Part shown: positions 47,401 to 57,172 of the stretch, piece by piece | How the letters are laid out: each line of letters opens with the position of its first letter | Position numbering within the stretch: position 1 is the stretch's first letter | DNA from: Planctomycetota bacterium | GTDB taxonomy: Bacteria; Planctomycetota; UBA8108; SXIK01 | Direction of reading: 5' to 3' | NCBI GenBank assembly: GCA_965223265.1 | Contig: OZ244999.1 | Span: 8,608,001-8,672,000, forward strand | Length of the DNA: 64,000 nucleotides | The notes under the pieces: generated by a model | What the model saw: only the letters and a program-made list of their open reading frames with translations | Databases searched by the model: none | What the model was told of the DNA's origin: nothing | Position numbers and translations under genes: made by a program

Positions 47401-49659
47401 GTCGTAGTTGAACCAGCCGCCGTTGACACTGTTCTGTCCGAGTGCCCAGCCGCTAGCGTAGACGATGCGGTAGGCGATGTCGTTCTCCGTGAGGACGCCA
47501 TGGCTCGAGAGAGTCGCCCATTCGAAGACCACCGTACGCACGGCGCCGCTGACGTGACTTTCGCCCCCGAGCGTGCCGATGTATTCGTTGCCGCTGTCCG
47601 CAATGTCTGGCTGCTTGTAGAAACCCGCGTTCTTATCCCAAACGAGAAGACCACGGTGTCGCGCCGGGTCGTCGGAGCCGTCGCGAAGGTTAATCCAAAT
47701 GAGAACCTGTTGGACGGCTTGGTCGGGGTCGGGGAATCGGAGGCTAAACTGTTGCCTGTCGATGGAGTCGCTCGAAATGACCTCTTGTGCGTGCCAGGCG
47801 TCGACGCCGTTAGGAAACTCGCTCACGTTGACCGTGACACGGTCGGTCGTGCGCTCGCCGTCGTCATCGACCGCGACGAGTGAGACCGTATAGCGCCCGG
47901 AGGTCGGAAAGTACGTCTCGAGGGTCTGGATTCCCTCAAAGCTGCGCCCATCACCAAGCTCCCAGCGTCTGAGGACGAGGTGCCCGTCGTCGTCACGCAG
48001 CGTCGCTGGCAGCGAGAAGAGCTCTCCCTGAGCGACGTGGATCTCGTCCGCCGCGTCGATCGTCGCGATGGGTGGCTCGTTGGGGCCGGGAACACCAACA
48101 CCAAAGGTGGCACGGGCGAAGCCGTAGGACGTTCGGCCTTCCGCGCCGTATGAGATGGGGCGGAAGTGGACGGTGTGGAGCCGGTCGTTGGCGAACGAGC
48201 CGCTGACCTTTTTCCAACCGCCGCCGCAGCCGGTGTACTCGTCGGTGGCCGTCGTTTCGAACGTGCCGTTACCGTCGAGGTCGAACTCCCACGCATTCGC
48301 ATTCCCCGTTCCGCTCCTGGCATAGAGGGTGAGAGCGGCTGAGCCGCCGGCGCCGTTCGCGATGCTCGCACCATCGAGGAGCGCGCAGTCTTTGTCTGGG
48401 TTGACGTAGAAAATACCCGACGCCAGTGGGCAATCGCCGCCTTGCAGCACCACGGTCGTCGACCATTCGTCTGTGGCCCCGTCCTCGTCGGCAACCATGA
48501 TGCGGACGTCGTAGTTGCCGCAGCCGGGGTAGTCGTGCACCCAGACCTTGCGACCGGCGTAGTTGCACTGGGCGTTGGCGGCGAACGTACCGTCGCCGAA
48601 GTCGATGGAATAGGAAACAACTTCGCCGTCCGGATCAGTGGCCGAGACGAAGAATCCCATGGTGTATGCAGTCTTTGGGCGGCCCGTACACCAATTCGTC
48701 GCCAGAGGCACCTGGGTGCCAGTGCGATGGTCCGTGAAAATCCGAGGCGGTTGATTCTCACTGACGGTGATCGTTGTGACTTCGGTTGAATCGGCACCGT
48801 CAGTGTCAGTAACGCGTAGGCCGATGCTGAAGGAGCCGAGAACGAGATCGTTGAGACGGAGTGTGGGGCCTGTCGCGTCGTCGTAGCCGCCGTCGGCGTC
48901 GAGGTCCCACTCGTAGAGGGCGATGTCATCGCCTGGATCGCTCGACGACGAGGCGTCGAGAGCGAGATCTTCACCTTCTTTGACCGAGTACGGTCCACCC
49001 GCGTCGGCGGTCGGTGCGACGTTGTGCAAAGTGATCGTCGCCGTGTCAGTGTCGATGCCGAGGCGTGCATCGATGACTTTCAGACCGACGGTGACCCGTC
49101 CCGATTCATTGCTCGTGTAGAGCACGGTCGGACCGAAGCCATCGTCGTACTCGCCATCACCATCCAGGTCCCAGCGAAACGAGAGCGCGTCGCCGTCCGG
49201 ATCGCTCGACGCGGACCCATCGAGAATGATCCCACCACCTTCGTCGATCTGGTAAGTTCCACCAGCATCCGCAACGGGATCCTCGTTCTCTGCGATGATC
49301 GCTTCGCAGCGCTCGAACGAAGTGCAGCTCAGAAAGTCAGCGGTCGGGTCCTCGCCACAGTTAGGAAACGGTGCGGGTGGCTCCGAATCGCCGACGAAGA
49401 GATAGAGCAGGGTGTACATCGGGTCGGAGATGTCCATGGTCCCGTCGTCGTTGCTGTCGCCCGCGGCGAGACAGGTAGGCTCAGTTCCGCCCTCGGTGAA
49501 CAGATACTCCAAACTGAAGATGGCGTCGGAGATGTCGACTGCCCCATCGACGTTGACGTCGCTGCGAACGAACTGACTCTGCGCGCCCATGTCGGTGCCA
49601 ACTAAGAAGAGGACGAGAAGCGTGAGCGTGAAGGCGAATCGGTGTAGACTGGTGGCCAT
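44458..49659 (-). CDS. Large secreted protein: N-terminal dockerin, PKD/Ig domains, TSP3-like Ca-binding repeats, unknown C-terminal region
   Basis: Signal peptide; FVRSDVNVDGAVDISDA; P.ADAGG.Y, WDLDGDG, WHFGDGET PKD motifs; DxDGDG/DAFPDDP repeats. Confidence 0.85.
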   Translation of the reverse strand: MATSLHRFAFTLTLLVLFLVGTDMGAQSQFVRSDVNVDGAVDISDAIFSLEYLFTEGGTEPTCLAAGDSNDDGTMDISDPMYTLLYLFVGDSEPPAPFPNCGEDPTADFLSCTSFERCEAIIAENEDPVADAGGTYQIDEGGGIILDGSASSDPDGDALSFRWDLDGDGEYDDGFGPTVLYTSNESGRVTVGLKVIDARLGIDTDTATITLHNVAPTADAGGPYSVKEGEDLALDASSSSDPGDDIALYEWDLDADGGYDDATGPTLRLNDLVLGSFSIGLRVTDTDGADSTEVTTITVSENQPPRIFTDHRTGTQVPLATNWCTGRPKTAYTMGFFVSATDPDGEVVSYSIDFGDGTFAANAQCNYAGRKVWVHDYPGCGNYDVRIMVADEDGATDEWSTTVVLQGGDCPLASGIFYVNPDKDCALLDGASIANGAGGSAALTLYARSGTGNANAWEFDLDGNGTFETTATDEYTGCGGGWKKVSGSFANDRLHTVHFRPISYGAEGRTSYGFARATFGVGVPGPNEPPIATIDAADEIHVAQGELFSLPATLRDDDGHLVLRRWELGDGRSFEGIQTLETYFPTSGRYTVSLVAVDDDGERTTDRVTVNVSEFPNGVDAWHAQEVISSDSIDRQQFSLRFPDPDQAVQQVLIWINLRDGSDDPARHRGLLVWDKNAGFYKQPDIADSGNEYIGTLGGESHVSGAVRTVVFEWATLSSHGVLTENDIAYRIVYASGWALGQNSVNGGWFNYDSNFSVDGTAPRIWVENDFIEPPAVVTCRVRWGVDWPIESAIWHFGDGETAEVAADVIHLYQREGDLPVYLEVTYRHPQTGELIEARSNTVIAVLIGDTDGDGIVNHEDDDDDGDGFLDTEDAFQLDATQHDDRDGDGYGDNANGNSPDAFPDDPNEWWDTDADGTGDNADSDDDDDADGISDLDEESYGLNPRLDDSDLDGWADLDELNGWTDPFADSDGDGDVNILDRDSDDDGAFDGRELALGTDPTDPDSDGDGVLDGVDRSPTVRYTAADESGFWETVHPAGFLNFQQTYLVGSLTGEAEVVKHDYTITCGYEGVDWRSSDNDAVQESDVTESKIVAEINDLISSDTPYSAYTATRDGSWTSSAAAPYYTNYDCFHQKEYRIDYTNRFHKYNVRLTNVTATEIEDAFGTPYRFHFAPVRVALDTENTYVIQFAIDPEADLGFRTGATFKRPAFQASFFASSDMLNGDHLHTAVALASEIGDNAYEVKIRLPASEATMEATTADGDARTAWLYLSPLWVYVSGGINQRTSIDPSDLSVAAFVHEIPIAATSLVAKMDRDIDHLLSVLPEQLGTLPNGNWMSEDGTTVHVVNRLDNPTASVDPTALTTEAVDAILIVSTRDGDVAQIIEEQISCTETGDCTWYVETIDGNGNDVRTFKQATSHWLNQLDSTGSLAAKWDAVPDTTAQFIEWTATAKQRYERLWHEWPRPTPIVEVDKLRDGSGGYVYRISEYEDVDVMIKNSFDEPARFETRRVTTRVEVVADTNDSEILHGSRRRLRIMDKLEGVAAAGKAVIGAREAWIAYRDGDEVKAIVMLATTLIDLGGEVYELRAAMRGRPTKAGAVAALAVGAIEAGYYLHQAAGANNPLTRRLHFEQAGAAAVDGAVAAIPYYGFVVTLTWQGAATALLKIVDNDDPVVAAVLSSPGAAAAFVWEYFFGGDTIPGDIAVAALDQALTQLHDLAKNRNENGEPTIVIRPDE

Positions 49660-49801
49660 TGTTCGTTCCCCCGTGCTGTCATGTGCGTTTGTGCTGATAC
49701 GGGATGGAACGTCATCGAGGAGAGATTCTGCCCCTGGCGTTCGCCGCTCGCGTTTTCCCCACGACGAACGATCCACACAGCTGTAGGAGTTAGAACAGCT
49801 T

Positions 49802-50380
49802 ATGTCTATGAACCCCGGAGACGCGGACGAGACGACGAAGCGCGCAAAGCTCGGCGTCGTGACGGTCTCAGACCGCGCCAGCCGCGGCGAGTACGAGGAC
49901 CGTGGCGGGCCCGCGATCCGTGCCTATCTCGAGGATGTGCTGACGTCCGCTTGGGAGCCCGTGGTGCGGGTTGTGGCCGACGAGTGTGCCCTGCTTGAGG
50001 CGACGCTCAAAGAACTCTGCGACGTCGAACGCTGCGCGCTGGTGGTGACGACGGGTGGCACGGGTCCGGCGGCGCGAGACATTACGCCTGAGGTGACCGA
50101 GACGGTCTGCGACAAGCTGATGCCGGGATTCGGCGAGCTCATGCGTAAGGTCTCGCTCGAGAAAGTTCCGACCGCGATTCTCTCGCGACAGACGGCCGGC
50201 ATCCGTGGCCGCTCTCTGATCGTCAACCTGCCAGGTCAACCCAAGGCGATCGCCGAGTGTCTCGATGCAGTGTTTCCTGCGATTCCATACTGCGTCGATT
50301 TGATCGGCGGACCGTATTTGACGACGGATGAGTCAAGGATCGTCGCCTTTCGTCCACAGAAGAAGAAATCTCACCGCTAG
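49802..50380 (+). CDS. mog: Molybdopterin adenylyltransferase
   Basis: VTVSDRASRGEYED, TTGGTGPAARDITPE, PGFGELMR, PTAILSRQ, NLPGQPK. Confidence 0.95.
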   Translation: MSMNPGDADETTKRAKLGVVTVSDRASRGEYEDRGGPAIRAYLEDVLTSAWEPVVRVVADECALLEATLKELCDVERCALVVTTGGTGPAARDITPEVTETVCDKLMPGFGELMRKVSLEKVPTAILSRQTAGIRGRSLIVNLPGQPKAIAECLDAVFPAIPYCVDLIGGPYLTTDESRIVAFRPQKKKSHR

Positions 50381-50413
50381 TCGAACAACTGCTGCACCGC
50401 GAAGGAGCTTACC

Positions 50414-51868
50414 ATGAAACGCATTCGAATGTACTGCTGCCATCCGATGGCTTCAACGATCCTCGTGACCGCTATCGTTTCTTGCGTCACGGCGTCCGTC
50501 TTGCACGCTCAAGTTCAGCCCGAGCCACGGCCGCTGTTCATCGAAGGCTACACGGATCAAGTGAGTTATGCGCCGGGGGACGAGGTCGCGTTTCACATCT
50601 CGACGACCGCAGCGAAATACACCCTCGAGATTTCACGACTCTCACATCAGAACGAGATCGTCCTCACTGAGGAGGATCTTCCCGGCGCTGAATACCCCGC
50701 ACCCATCAACGCTTCGTCACACGGCTGTGGCTGGCCGGTCGCCCATCGAGTGCGGATTCCGCCTGATTGGAAGAGCGGTTACTACAACGTCCGGTTACGC
50801 GTTGAGGATCGAGGCGGACGGTACGTGCAAGTGAATCGACGCACAGCGGAGGTCAACGCTTTCTTCGTTCTTCGCTCTAGTGCCCCAGGGCGCGATACCA
50901 AAATCTTGATCCAACTCGCCACTCACACCTACAACGCCTACAACAAGTGGGGCGGTCACAGCTTCTATGGCTACCACGCACGCAACAACCTGCAGGGACA
51001 TCGGATCTCGTACAACCGGCCACTGCGGGGTCTCTTCCGCAACTGGGAGCTGCAGTTTGTCGCTTGGGCCGAGAAGAACGGGTACACGCTCGACTACGCC
51101 TGCAACGGTGATCTCGAATCGCGTCCCGAAATCCTTAAACCTTACCGCCTAGTCTTGAGCGTCGGTCACGATGAGTACTGGTCGGCGAAGATGCGCGACC
51201 ATCTCGAATCTTTCATTGGAGCTGGCGGCAACGTAGCGTTCTTCAGCGGTAACTCCGTATGCTGGCAGGTGCGCACTGAGGAGGACGGCCGCGCGCTCGT
51301 GTCGTACAAACAGTGGTACAACCAAGATCCAGTTTACAAGACGGACGACCACAGATTGCTTTCAACGGCGTGGAGCCATCACCTCGTTGCACGGCCTGAG
51401 AACCAGCTCACCGGCGTCGGGTTCCTCTTCGGTGGTTATCACCTGAGCCACGGGCAGTTCATGGATGGTTCCGGCGCGTTCACAGTCCATCGTCCGCAGC
51501 ATTGGATCTTCGAAGGCACGAACCTCGAGCGTGACGATACCTTTGGCGGCAAGCATACGATCGTCGGCTACGAGTGCGATGGCTGCGAGTTTCGTCTTGA
51601 GGACGGACTGCCGGTGCCGACCCATCGCGACGGCACGCCCAAGACGTTCACGATTCTGGCGACAGCGCCGGCGCGATGGCATCCGGATGACTCTTGGTGG
51701 TACGAGCGTTGGGATCGCGACCGCATTGGTGCGGCCGTGCTTGGCGTCTACACGCGTGGCGGCACGGTGTTCACGGCCGGCACGACGGACTGGTCACACG
51801 GCCTTGAGGGCAACGACCCAACGGTGGTGCGGATCACGCGCAACATCTTGGATCGACTGTCGCGTTGA
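50414..51868 (+). CDS. Secreted N,N-dimethylformamidase beta-subunit-like (DUF6605-type) protein
   Basis: TYNAYNKWGG.SFY, LSVGHDEYWS, GNVAFFSGN, VGYECDG, GTVFTAGTTDW; AAGGAG RBS. Confidence 0.82.
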   Translation: MKRIRMYCCHPMASTILVTAIVSCVTASVLHAQVQPEPRPLFIEGYTDQVSYAPGDEVAFHISTTAAKYTLEISRLSHQNEIVLTEEDLPGAEYPAPINASSHGCGWPVAHRVRIPPDWKSGYYNVRLRVEDRGGRYVQVNRRTAEVNAFFVLRSSAPGRDTKILIQLATHTYNAYNKWGGHSFYGYHARNNLQGHRISYNRPLRGLFRNWELQFVAWAEKNGYTLDYACNGDLESRPEILKPYRLVLSVGHDEYWSAKMRDHLESFIGAGGNVAFFSGNSVCWQVRTEEDGRALVSYKQWYNQDPVYKTDDHRLLSTAWSHHLVARPENQLTGVGFLFGGYHLSHGQFMDGSGAFTVHRPQHWIFEGTNLERDDTFGGKHTIVGYECDGCEFRLEDGLPVPTHRDGTPKTFTILATAPARWHPDDSWWYERWDRDRIGAAVLGVYTRGGTVFTAGTTDWSHGLEGNDPTVVRITRNILDRLSR

Positions 51869-51902
51869 ATTCGGTCGATCGGCCTTTGGCTGGTGACGCT
51901 TT

Positions 51903-54731
51903 CTACTCTTTTCGCTCGCGTTCCAAAACCGCCTTCGCACGCAGGCCATGTTCCTCGAAGGTGAGCCCGAAATCTCCCTGGCGATAGTTGCGGAGCGGCC
52001 ACGGCATGTTCATCGCTCGCTTCGGTTCTCCGGGGTGACCGAATACCGTTGACTCCATGGTGTGGTACTGCGCGTTCCAGCGATACGTTCCCCCGACGGG
52101 ACAGACGAGATGCACTCCCCAGAGTCGCGCGTGAAGCTCCACGGGGTCTTCGTTCGGGTAGAGGCGTTTCCATTCGTTGAGAATCGGCAAGCTCGACCAC
52201 GCCCGTTGCTGCAGTGTGACTTGATAGGAATCGAAAGAGAGCACTTCGATCACCTGTGCGGCACGTTGGCTGGCGCGAAGCGCGATGTTGTCGCCGAGCC
52301 AAGGGTGTTGCTCGTCGTTCTCGCTTTTCTGACCCTCCGCTGCTGCCGTATTCTCCGATGACTTCGACGCCCGCTTGAGAGCACGCTCGAGGACGGGCTT
52401 GTTCAGCGTTACGGTCAAGGCACCCGATGCGATCGCATAGTAGATGGCTATGTTCTCGAACTCCTCGGACACGTCGGAGGTCGATGCCGCCGAGATTCTG
52501 ACGTATGTGTGACCGTCCGACTCAAAGTTTTCCCAGGAGAGCATCCCTGGCGCGGTCTGCTCCAGGAACGCTCGCACGGCTGCCAGGAATCCCGCCGCAC
52601 CGAGCGGGTCCGCGACGTCGACGCGGAGTGCCAGTGGCATGCGGTGGTAGTTCCTTTGCAAGTACTCCTGTCGATCGACCCGTTGGTCGAGCAACCGGGC
52701 TTCCTCCCAGATCGGATCGTCGTCGACGTAAATCGCCAGCGACGCGCCGATCCAGCCGAGCGGATTGGGCTTGACGATCCCGGGTGCCATGTTGAGCGCG
52801 AGTTCCCCGAACTGACGCACCGGCTGGGAGTCTCGATCGATGCCCATCACGACGTGAAAGAGTGACCCCGGATGTGGATCGCCGGCATGCGGTGGGATTT
52901 TGGCGCCGCGCGTCAGTTTGATGAGCTCGTCGTAGTCGCTCGAGGCGATCAGGGGCATGACGGTCACGTCGGCCGCTAAGCGGTCGTCACGCACTGTCAG
53001 GCGCACTGCAATGGGGTCGAAATAGCGCCTCCAATAGAGCTGATAGTCGTTTCGCCAACTCTCATACGCTTCCTTCTCGGACCGCGTCACTGAGTCAAGC
53101 TTAAGCTCAGAGATCGGCGTGAGGAAATCGAGCGAGCCGTAGGTCGAAGAGCGCACGCCGTCTCCTGAAAGCTCAAGTGTGCCGAGCTCGGGAAGAGCGA
53201 ATTTCGTCTGCAGCGGTCCGGCTTTGACATTTCGTCGCGCGAGCGCACCCATGTTGGCCGCTTGGAGATCGCTCATGATCGCTGCGGCGCGTGTCCGTCG
53301 AGAGTCGCCGATCCGCCATCGGGGCCCACACCAGCGCCGGATTGTCGCGTCGCTTAGCATGAGCAGTGCGGTCTCGTCCTGATCGTCGAGTGGGTAGCGA
53401 TCGCGAAAGAACTTGAACTCGGGCAGCTCGGAGAGCGTGGGAGACATCTTGCGCGATGCTTTGACGATGCGTTCGAGCTGGACGCGCGAATTCGTCACCA
53501 CGACGACGTTTTCGATCGCGGCGACGAACGAGGACACGTTCCGCTGCGGAGTCACGACGGCGCGGTACTTTACGCCGGACACTTCGCCGGTCTCCACTTT
53601 GGCGTTCGGTGTCGACTCGAGAGACGCGTTGTGCTTGGCGCCAAGATAAGTCACTAGCACATCCGGCTGCTTGGCCTCGAACAGCACCGCCACATCGCTC
53701 CCGAGTCTGAGATAGGGATCAGAGCCGGTCATCGCGACGCTGGAGATGACCCGTGGTCCCAGAAGACGTGCTATCGCGTTCACGGTTAGGCAGAGCTGTG
53801 TTTCGTACCGCTCCTTGGTTCTCGTGTCCTCGGCGCGGGGCTCCAGCAGATCGACAACCGGCCGCCCGGTGCGATCGGCTTCATCGAGAACGCTGGTCAT
53901 CGATCGGAAATCACGAAAGAAAATCGCGTGCTGATCGGCAGGGATACTTGCGCTAAGCGCATCGAGTTTTGGGTCCAAATCCTCTACGAGCGGCTTCCAG
54001 TCAAGCTCGGCGATCGTGATTCCTGAGATCGAATCGACGTCGACGACGTTCTCCATGTCCCCATCCGCTGGCGGCAGCGCGCGGTCGAGCTGCAGATTCT
54101 CGCTGATCGCGCGGCCACCCGTGAACAGGAGGAAGGTATCTTCCAGTTCGCTGGGGCGCTCGCGGAATCGCTCCTCTTCGTCTCGCGGCTTGGCAGCTTC
54201 GCCCTGCGCTACCCTCGCCTCGCTCGCCTGGTGTCGAAACCAGGCAGCGCCGGGAAGATCGCGGGCTAGTAGGTTCTCGTAGGCCTTTTCCTTGGCCGCG
54301 TAGAACGCCGCGCGCGAAGCTGATGAGGCAGCGTCCGCGCCCACTCTGAAGCGGAAGCCATCCATACCGATCAGGTCGTCGTTCGCGAGATAGAGAGTCC
54401 CCGTGACTTCTCGCGTTGCCTCGACACGAATGGCAAGGTTGGCTTCGGCGTACTCGTTGTTGCTCGACCACAGCCCCCAATCAATATCGACGAAGGCTTC
54501 ACCTTCGCCGTCGAGGACGGCGTACGGGCGCATCGCGAGACGGCGACGCCAGCGCGTCCAGCCTCCGTCTGATCCAGCCGGCAGTTTTCCGTCTGTCACC
54601 TGCAAGTCGCTGAGCTTGACGATGAAGTAGGCGTTCTCTTGCGGGGCGGCACCGACACGGCTTGCCACGAGCTGCAGGGCGAGCGTAATTACGATGGCGA
54701 CTGTGAACTTCAATGCCGAGGTCCTCTGCAT
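51903..54731 (-). CDS. Large secreted hypothetical protein
   Basis: 942-aa ORF, AGGAGG RBS, Sec signal; C-terminal CPVGGTY motif; no catalytic motif recognised. Confidence 0.75.
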   Translation of the reverse strand: MQRTSALKFTVAIVITLALQLVASRVGAAPQENAYFIVKLSDLQVTDGKLPAGSDGGWTRWRRRLAMRPYAVLDGEGEAFVDIDWGLWSSNNEYAEANLAIRVEATREVTGTLYLANDDLIGMDGFRFRVGADAASSASRAAFYAAKEKAYENLLARDLPGAAWFRHQASEARVAQGEAAKPRDEEERFRERPSELEDTFLLFTGGRAISENLQLDRALPPADGDMENVVDVDSISGITIAELDWKPLVEDLDPKLDALSASIPADQHAIFFRDFRSMTSVLDEADRTGRPVVDLLEPRAEDTRTKERYETQLCLTVNAIARLLGPRVISSVAMTGSDPYLRLGSDVAVLFEAKQPDVLVTYLGAKHNASLESTPNAKVETGEVSGVKYRAVVTPQRNVSSFVAAIENVVVVTNSRVQLERIVKASRKMSPTLSELPEFKFFRDRYPLDDQDETALLMLSDATIRRWCGPRWRIGDSRRTRAAAIMSDLQAANMGALARRNVKAGPLQTKFALPELGTLELSGDGVRSSTYGSLDFLTPISELKLDSVTRSEKEAYESWRNDYQLYWRRYFDPIAVRLTVRDDRLAADVTVMPLIASSDYDELIKLTRGAKIPPHAGDPHPGSLFHVVMGIDRDSQPVRQFGELALNMAPGIVKPNPLGWIGASLAIYVDDDPIWEEARLLDQRVDRQEYLQRNYHRMPLALRVDVADPLGAAGFLAAVRAFLEQTAPGMLSWENFESDGHTYVRISAASTSDVSEEFENIAIYYAIASGALTVTLNKPVLERALKRASKSSENTAAAEGQKSENDEQHPWLGDNIALRASQRAAQVIEVLSFDSYQVTLQQRAWSSLPILNEWKRLYPNEDPVELHARLWGVHLVCPVGGTYRWNAQYHTMESTVFGHPGEPKRAMNMPWPLRNYRQGDFGLTFEEHGLRAKAVLERERKE

Positions 54732-54887
54732 GGTCCCGCCTCCTGGTATGGTTTGTCGACTGCGTGCTGCGACACCGAGGATGACAACTTCTCACGATGT
54801 GCTCCCTTCGCAGACTCGTTCAGCGCCCGACGAAGGTTTTCCAGTCGTCGGCCGACCGCTTGCGGATTCTGTGAGGAAAGGGGTGCT

Positions 54888-56015
54888 TCAGCGCTTGAGT
54901 CCGAGCCCGAGGACTTCCTTTGAGTAGCGGACGCTCTTCTCGAGCTCACTCTTTTGGAACGCCTGCACGGCTGCCTCGCGACCCGCTCCTTCGGGCGGGC
55001 GGAAAGCCTCGACTTCGTGACCTCGCTTCGCGAGCGCTAGAAACGCAGCGAATTCAGGCGCCCGAACTTGGGAGTAGGGACCCCAGAAGTCCGGTTTCAA
55101 GTAAGGAAAGTCTCGAGCTCCTCCCGAGATGATTTCCAAGATTACTGGCGTCTGCGGACACAGCTCAGCGAACAGATCCATGTACCTTTCGAAATCTACG
55201 CAGCCTTCGCCCAAGGCTGTCCACTGAACGCGCACGCCCTCGTCGTACTCCCATACCATCGAGTCGCGAATGCCGCTCGAGATTGCGTACGGCCCAAGAA
55301 TTTTGAGATTCTCGACGGGATCTTCTAACGTCCAGGTCGCGTTACCTGAGTCGATTGTAGCGCCAACCGTGGCCGGACCACCTTCCTCGATGAGCGCGAC
55401 GAGCTCCCAGGCCTGCATATCACCCGCGTGGTTTTCGATGGCGAGCTTGACGCCGGCATTCAGCGCATCGCTACGCACGCGTCGGCATACTTCGGCGGTG
55501 CTGCGAATGTGACGAAAGATTCCACCCTCTCCCAGACGCTCGTTGCGTCCGCCCAAAAAACAGCGGATGACTGGCGAACCGAGCTCCTTGGCGACGCGAA
55601 TCGCAAGCCGCAGATGTTCCTCCGGGCTGCCGTAGTCCTTGATGACGCGCGGCGTCGTTGGGCAGATGCCGCCCGTGCCGACGTGAATTTCGATTCCTAG
55701 ATCGTCCGCCTTCGACTTGAGCCTGCGGAGATAGCTCTTCTCGTGAGACTCGTAAACCTTAAGGTCGGAGAAAAGCACGACGTCGAGCGACAGTTCCGCC
55801 GCGTAGTCGAGCAAACGTTCCGCTTTCCAGTTCAAGGCGCGCACCGCGAAGTTGTCGAACCCGAGTTTGAGACGGCGTTTCTTCTTCGCCGGCGCGAGCG
55901 CCAGAGCGGACGAGGGACTCTGCAGGGCGGCCAAGCCGGCGAGACCCGCAGTTGCAGTGATCTGAGCGAGAAAGTCGCGGCGATCGAGGGCGTGGAATCG
56001 TCTATGTTCGTTCAT
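54888..56015 (-). CDS. Tat-exported sugar phosphate isomerase/epimerase (xylose isomerase-like TIM barrel)
   Basis: DRRDFL Tat motif; [22 protein letters not shown]. Confidence 0.85.
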   Translation of the reverse strand: MNEHRRFHALDRRDFLAQITATAGLAGLAALQSPSSALALAPAKKKRRLKLGFDNFAVRALNWKAERLLDYAAELSLDVVLFSDLKVYESHEKSYLRRLKSKADDLGIEIHVGTGGICPTTPRVIKDYGSPEEHLRLAIRVAKELGSPVIRCFLGGRNERLGEGGIFRHIRSTAEVCRRVRSDALNAGVKLAIENHAGDMQAWELVALIEEGGPATVGATIDSGNATWTLEDPVENLKILGPYAISSGIRDSMVWEYDEGVRVQWTALGEGCVDFERYMDLFAELCPQTPVILEIISGGARDFPYLKPDFWGPYSQVRAPEFAAFLALAKRGHEVEAFRPPEGAGREAAVQAFQKSELEKSVRYSKEVLGLGLKR

Positions 56016-56198
56016 GAGTTTGCGGCTTGAGAAGCGACGGTTGGATCGATTGACGTTGCCGTAGAGTGTAACCCAAAACACACAGAGAAGCGCACACCGA
56101 AACGAATCGGGTCTCCGCCTGACATGCGATTGTGTTACCGTTGTGCTGCCTATTCTCAGAGCGGCGCTCTTCGAAAACGTTTTCTCGGGAGTTAAGCG

Positions 56199-56690
56199 TT
56201 GATCCAGTTGACTGTAGCCGACGTTGATCTACTGCCTCTCTACTTGCGACGCACGATTCCACCCGAGTACCTCGACGAATTCGGGCATATGAATGTGCGT
56301 TGGTACGTCTCGATCTGCTCCGACGCTGTCAAAGAGATGTTTTCGTCGTTCGGCATGACGCCGGAGTACTTCAGCGACGGGACACGCGGCAGCTTCGCTC
56401 TCAAGCAGTACATTCACTATCTGGCGGAGGTTCGCGTTGGTGAGACGATCGAAGTGCGCACTCGCGTGATCGGCCGAACCGAGAAACGCATCCATTTCAT
56501 GCACTTCATCCTCAATCGAACAAACGATAAGATCGCAGCGACGATGGAAGTGCTGGCGGCGCATGCTGACCTCACGGTCCGCCGTACGTCGCCGTTTCCG
56601 GAGGCGATCGCTCGCGGAATCGACGCAGCGTTGACGGCGCACTCGGGACTTTCGTGGGAGCCACCGGTTTCTGGGGTGATCAAAGCGTAG
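56199..56690 (+). CDS. Acyl-CoA thioesterase (4HBT-like hotdog fold)
   Basis: [27 protein letters not shown]. Confidence 0.85.
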   Translation: MIQLTVADVDLLPLYLRRTIPPEYLDEFGHMNVRWYVSICSDAVKEMFSSFGMTPEYFSDGTRGSFALKQYIHYLAEVRVGETIEVRTRVIGRTEKRIHFMHFILNRTNDKIAATMEVLAAHADLTVRRTSPFPEAIARGIDAALTAHSGLSWEPPVSGVIKA

Positions 56691-56829
56691 AGGGCGGGAG
56701 GCGGAGGCAGAGGCGGAGGCCCGCACGTCCACCGGTGCCGCGATCGAGCCGAACGTAGCGAAGAGCTCTGCTGCCCCGGGCGTGCGTGCGGCGGTGGTTG
56801 TGTCGATCTTAACCGCAGCAGAGCCGGCC

Positions 56830-56870
56830 TCAAGGGTGCCCTCGCTGCGCTCGGGGCTTCGCGCCCTTGA
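56830..56870. repeat. REP/MITE-like branched palindrome
   Basis: TCAAGGGTGC...GCGCCCTTGA outer stem enclosing CGCTGCGCTCG and GCTTCGC. Confidence 0.5.
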
Positions 56871-56922
56871 CCCCGCCGCAGGCGATGCTTTGGAAGCTGA
56901 CGCGCTGACGTAGGAGCTTTGG

Positions 56923-56953
56923 CCCGCCGCGCACTACTTGGCGCGGCGGGTTT
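56923..56953 (+). terminator. Possible intrinsic terminator hairpin
   Basis: CCCGCCGCGC-N8-GCGCGGCGGG followed by TTT (short U tract). Confidence 0.45.
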
Positions 56954-56964
56954 GACGGGGAGGA

Positions 56965-57120
56965 AGATACAGATACGGAACCGAGGTACGGAGTCGGACG
57001 CAGATACAGATACGGAGATACGGAGTGCCGGCACGCCGACGCCCACTCCCACGCCCACGCCCACGCCCACGCAAACGCCCCCTCCCACTCCCCCTCCCAC
57101 GCAAACGCAAACGCAAACGC
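56965..57120. repeat. Imperfect hexamer tandem repeats (AGATAC-, ACGCCC- and ACGCAA-type units)
   Basis: Directly visible runs such as acgcccacgcccacgccc and acgcaaacgcaaacgcaa. Confidence 0.85.
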
Positions 57121-57172
57121 GCGCCGGGTCGGCAGCGGCCATCGAATCAGACCGCGGCCGCACTATCGGACC

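Noticed and set aside
56800-56920. Possible integron attC site (TAAC..GCTTCGC..GTAGG)
   Set aside because: No proper RYYYAAC/GTTRRRY pair, no cassette array and no integrase
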